From Felis catus (lineage: Eukaryota): 64,000 nt of DNA. Below, one piece after another: positions 59,855-64,000 of this stretch. The notes under the pieces are model-generated. The model was not told the DNA's origin. It made no database searches and saw only the letters and a program-made list of their open reading frames with translations. Position 1 is the first letter of the stretch; each line of letters opens with the position of its first letter. The DNA lies in contig NC_058377.1 in the NCBI RefSeq assembly GCF_018350175.1, positions 102,052,001 to 102,116,000 of the forward strand, given 5' to 3'. A program made the translations under genes and the position numbers.

Positions 59855-60409
59855 CTCCTGCGTGAGTAAAGACCCAGTGGAGAAAGCTCCCAGCATCTCA
59901 GCTGACATTTGCAAACAGAGCTATATTGAGAGGTGTCACCTTCTCCAGCAAGGTCAAAAGACTCATGCCTGCTAACCTGGAGAGGTGGGAACGGCAGGCA
60001 GCAAAACAAAATCACACTGCCACTTGGAACCCTGCCAACTGCTACAATCAGGGTAAAAATAATTAGAAAAGTAAGTCAGGTGTGAATCAGATGCTCTGGC
60101 ACTGAGCGGAGTACAGAACGCCGTGTCGACCCCCTATTCTTCCTGAGGCCCCTGCTGCCTCGGCTTCTAGGACACAGTTTCTGCCCAGTGCTTGTCTGAT
60201 CGCCAGCCATCCCTGTCCCCTTCTCTGGCTTCTGGTCCCTTTCCCATGCCCTGGGGCTTGGCCCTTGGCACCCTGCTCCTTCCTGCTAATATTGTATTCC
60301 CTGGAGGGTTCATCCCTTCTAGGATTCATCTCCTGCCACCCCAACCTCACTGCTGCTAAGCACCAAACTGGAGCCCCCCATGGCTCATGGGCACTCCTGA
60401 ATAAGTTAT

Positions 60410-60760
60410 TCTTCATTCACTGGCTTATTCCATCCATAGACACTTAGTAAATACCTGCTACACATCAGGAACTGGGCTAGGTTCTAGGGATACAGAAGTA
60501 AGACCCACACCTGATTGGAAAGTCTATTGCAAGGAAAGAAAATTTAAAAGAATTGTTTAAAAACTAGAAATTGTGAAAAATGTTATAAAGAATATAACAC
60601 GGCCTCCCATGGACAAAACTGAGAGGCGAGGGAGGGAAAAAAAACTTCCTTTTTATAAAGTAAAAATCATTCTGAGTCAATGGTGTGGAAGCTAACGCTC
60701 AATGGGGAGCAGGAGTTGTGTACCGAGTGGGGAGAGATCCTTCTAGAAAGATGGAAAAGC
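60410..60760 (-). mobile_element. L2 3' fragment
   Basis: cacttagtaaatacctgctacacatcaggaactgggctaggttctagggatacag. Confidence 0.7.
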
Positions 60761-61129
60761 AGGAGAAAGGCTCTTATCCATTTCTTTACCAAATAATTTG
60801 ACTTGTGTGAGGGGACATGAAATGGAGGGTCTCCAATTTAAGGATTATCAAGCAGAAGTTAAAAGCAGACAGATAGCAGCTTTTATAAAAGATGTGCTTC
60901 AGACAGACATCCAAATAATTACCTAAATTGTCCCAACCCTGACATTTATCACCAGCCCTTCCCTTGGAGATATGTTAGTAGGAAAATAATGAGAAGAAAG
61001 TTATTTTGTAATTACACAGCATGAAATATGACTCTGAGAGGCTATTTCCAGGGGTGCTTTAGTGTAATTTAGTTCAGCATTATCGGAGTTTAATTTAAGA
61101 CAACATTATCGTTGCACAGAAACTCCGGA

Positions 61130-61320
61130 ACAAGACTCAGAAGAACGGAATTTTCATCCTGATATTCCTAGCCATCTGTGTGTGGATCATAACCCTGTTA
61201 AGCTTCGGTTGCCTTCTCTATGGTATGGGAATAATAATCCCTGTTTTCCCTACTGCTCAGAAGAGTTGGAAGAATTAAATTAGGCAATGGATATAAAATG
61301 CTTTGCAAACCATAAAGCAC
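61130..61320 (+). mobile_element. MIR
   Basis: gcttcggttgccttctctatggtatgggaataataat...taaaatgctttgcaaaccataaagc. Confidence 0.7.
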
Positions 61321-61359
61321 CTTTCATGGGAGGATCACTCTTCATGCCTTTCCTTGAGG

Positions 61360-61870
61360 TTGAAGGACCCCTTTTGGTTGCCACTGGCCAAAGCCTAACT
61401 CAAACTGGTTTGGAGAAGAAAAAGCTTACTGGCTGCAATAATGAAAAAGTTGAGGTTAACTAGCTTTAGGTGCAGTCTGATCCAGGGGCTCAAATAATAC
61501 CACCTGTGACCCAGACCTCTCTCCATCTCTCAAGCTCGTCTCTTCTCCATGCTGACTTTCTTCTTAGGGACTTCATGGTGGCTGACAATTGCTCTAAACC
61601 TATACTTTCCCAGGTTTAAATCCAGCAGGAAAGAGAGAATGTCTGTCACTCAACAACTCAAGGGAGGTCTTGAGCCCAATTCTCACTGACCCAGTGGGGT
61701 TATGTGACCATCCTGCACTGACCACTGTGTCCAAGGAATAAGAAGCCTTGATGAGCCATGTCTGAGTCACATGCCCAACCCCCAAGCAAGAAGCACATAG
61801 ACCCGAGTGGAGGCCAGATGGATTCCTGGGGAAACCAAGAAAAGATGAACAACAGTTGGCCAATGAAGCA
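61360..61870 (-). mobile_element. MLT1K-like LTR
   Basis: ctaactcaaactggttt...tgatccaggggctcaaat...ctctctccatctctc...gtctgagtcacatgcccaacccc. Confidence 0.75.
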
Positions 61871-62534
61871 GCAGAAGCTCACTCCACCTCCACATCTTAG
61901 GTCCCTCCGCTGGAAATGCCTGGCCAGTCTTCAGTACATCAGGATCAACAGTAACCAAAGACCATGAGATTACAGGCTGGGGCATGGAACTCAACCCTGC
62001 TTAAGACCAAGTCCTTCAGAAACTCATAATGTTGTGCCTTTTCGCAAGCCTCCAAAGTGCAACCTGTTCTTAAGCATGTTGTCTTTCCTTTCAGACCCAG
62101 GCTGCTTCTTTCCCTCCAGGCCAACTCCCACCAGGCAGCAGATCTGGCCTGTGAGGACCTGCATTATGAACTTCACCACTTCTCCTGCCAGTCTTGATTC
62201 CATCCACGAGTCAACAATTCTACAACTTTTGTGTCTTGGCTTCGTTCCTGATCCATAGCCCTTTTCCCCCCTAAGTATCAGGGCGTGTAAGTGATACAAT
62301 GGAATCCAAAGATATGATAACTACTTGGAAGCATTTGGGGAGGTGGAAGGGTGTGTGACAAGGGCAAGGGGGTGATGGGGAAATCTCTGCAGAGGAGACC
62401 TGAACAGAGTCTTAAGTAACGATTAAGAATTTGCTAGAACCAGAGTGAGAGAAGATCATTCCAGGCATGAATCTTTGGATCCAAAACTATTTTTGATCTC
62501 TCTTTACAAAAAAAGAAAACTCTTTTTCTCAACC

Positions 62535-62852
62535 CAGAAGTTGTAAACCAGTGGCCTGCAGACAGATCGGGCTGACAGATGTGTTATATTTGGCCCACAC
62601 AGCATTTTGTAGAATTTAAATTAGTTGCCAACATTTAAAAATGGTGAGATTTTACATAAGGATCTGGATTTTTGGCTGCTCTCGGAAAACTCGGGAGCTC
62701 TAGCAGCCCTGACTCCTCACTGGGGCAACAACTGACTGAGTTGAGTAGCATCTGCTCTTTTGAGACAGGGCAGGGGCCACACAACCTGCTGGCCTCTTTG
62801 TTCTCCTACGTCATCTGCCTGGCTTCTGTTGGCATTTGAGTCTGTGCCCTTG
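62535..62852 (+). mobile_element. MER102-like hAT element
   Basis: tttggcccacacag...gttgccaacatttaaaaa...atctggatttttggctgctct...tggcatttgagtctgtgcc. Confidence 0.8.
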
Positions 62853-62904
62853 TCTCTACCCAAAAAAGTAGCCATTTACTCTCCAGACAATTTCCTATTA
62901 TTAG

Positions 62905-62950
62905 TAGTATAGTATAGTACAGTATAGTATAGTACAGTATAGTATACTAT
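62905..62950 (+). repeat. (TAGTA/CAGTA)n pentanucleotide repeat
   Basis: Directly visible. Confidence 0.9.
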
Positions 62951-62959
62951 ATCATACCC

Positions 62960-63560
62960 TATTAAAAAACCTAATCTGTTTTCATTACTCCCTTCCTTAA
63001 AAATCTTGAATGATTCTCCAAATCAACAGAACAAAGGCTAAACACCCAGTGCAGACTGGTGGGTTGATGCAGGGGGAGTTTACCCCAATGCAAGGGGAAA
63101 GTTGACCTCAGCCACCCTCTTCTACCTTATCCACCAACTTCCAAGCCCTCAAACCCTCTATTCTGAGTTGTTTGTCATCTCTTAACCCCTTCCTTTCCCA
63201 TGAGTGCATGCTCTTAACACATACTGTCCCCCCAGCTGCTCTCCCCTGGTCAGACTTCCCTCAGCCTTCAGTGGTCCATCAAGGGGCCATCTCCTGTCTA
63301 GTTAGAGACCATCTGACTCTTCCCTCCCCCCACGGGGCCCCTGCAGTGGCACTGTGTTCCCGCCTTGGTGTCAGCACCTGCCATGTTTCTCTCTAATTAT
63401 CTGTTTACATGGCTGCCTCCTCCACATCCAGCCAGTCTGAGATCCTTGAAAGCAGAAACCGTGACTGATTCATCTTTGTATATTCAGTGCCTTTCTGTAT
63501 ACCTTGGCAGATATCAGATGCTCAATAAATTCTTGTTACATGAATGAAGAAAGGAACAAA
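62960..63560 (+). mobile_element. L2 3' fragments
   Basis: tctgagatccttgaaagcaga...cagatgctcaataaattcttgttacatgaatgaa. Confidence 0.7.
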
Positions 63561-64000
63561 CACGTGGGGAACAAACTGGCAGGTGTTCATGGAATGTTGC
63601 ACCTCAGCGATTGTAATGAAAGAAATCCCTTTCACGGAAGCATTTCTGTCTACTCTAGCCACAAGACAGGGCTCCCTTCTCTGGATCCTTGTGGAAACAG
63701 TACTTTATGATAGATCCTCGCTGAGTTATTAGAGGAAGCTAGAAGGAAGGTCGTATATCCCTTGGGTATTGACAGACAGAGAATTACAGAGCCATAAAAG
63801 GCCTTAGTGCTGGTCTCTGGACTTCCCAGCCCCTGGCAGGCAGATACAGGCACCAAAACCCTAGAAGCTGTGGCTGAGGTCCCAGCACTAACTCATCAGA
63901 CACAGGGTAGCACCACCACTAACACAACCAGAGAGAAATCCAGAATAAGTTCTTACTTTTTCATTCAGCTGGAGTCCCATCCAGCCTACTTGCTGTTCCT

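Overview
Mammalian, almost certainly felid (cat-family) genomic DNA, as shown by feline-type Can-SINEs and carnivore/feline L1 3' ends. It comes from a gapped draft assembly with three N-runs of 217-244 bp. I found no protein-coding exon, RNA gene or CRISPR array I can support, so the window looks intergenic or deep-intronic. It is dense in old eutherian repeats (MIR, L2, MLT1 MaLR LTRs, MER44, MER20, MER102, MER103, MER112, Charlie) overlaid by younger Can-SINE and truncated L1 insertions with visible target-site duplications (TSDs). Most ORFs in the track are repeat-derived, gap-spanning or random. Features worth following up: (1) a CpG-enriched, promoter-like unique block at 57.6-58.7 kb that also holds a 286-codon ORF; (2) a cluster of five GATA sites with ~63-bp spacing at 47.7-47.95 kb; (3) an ETS-CRE composite site; (4) a CTCF motif; (5) several repeat-free, homeodomain-rich segments that look like conserved enhancers; (6) a CpG-rich tract at 12-15.8 kb suggestive of GC-biased gene conversion; (7) a four-layer nested transposon; (8) a minisatellite born from a SINE TSD. 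I cannot support a novel biological system from sequence alone. Repeat subfamily names come from recalled consensus sequences and their boundaries are approximate unless a TSD is given.
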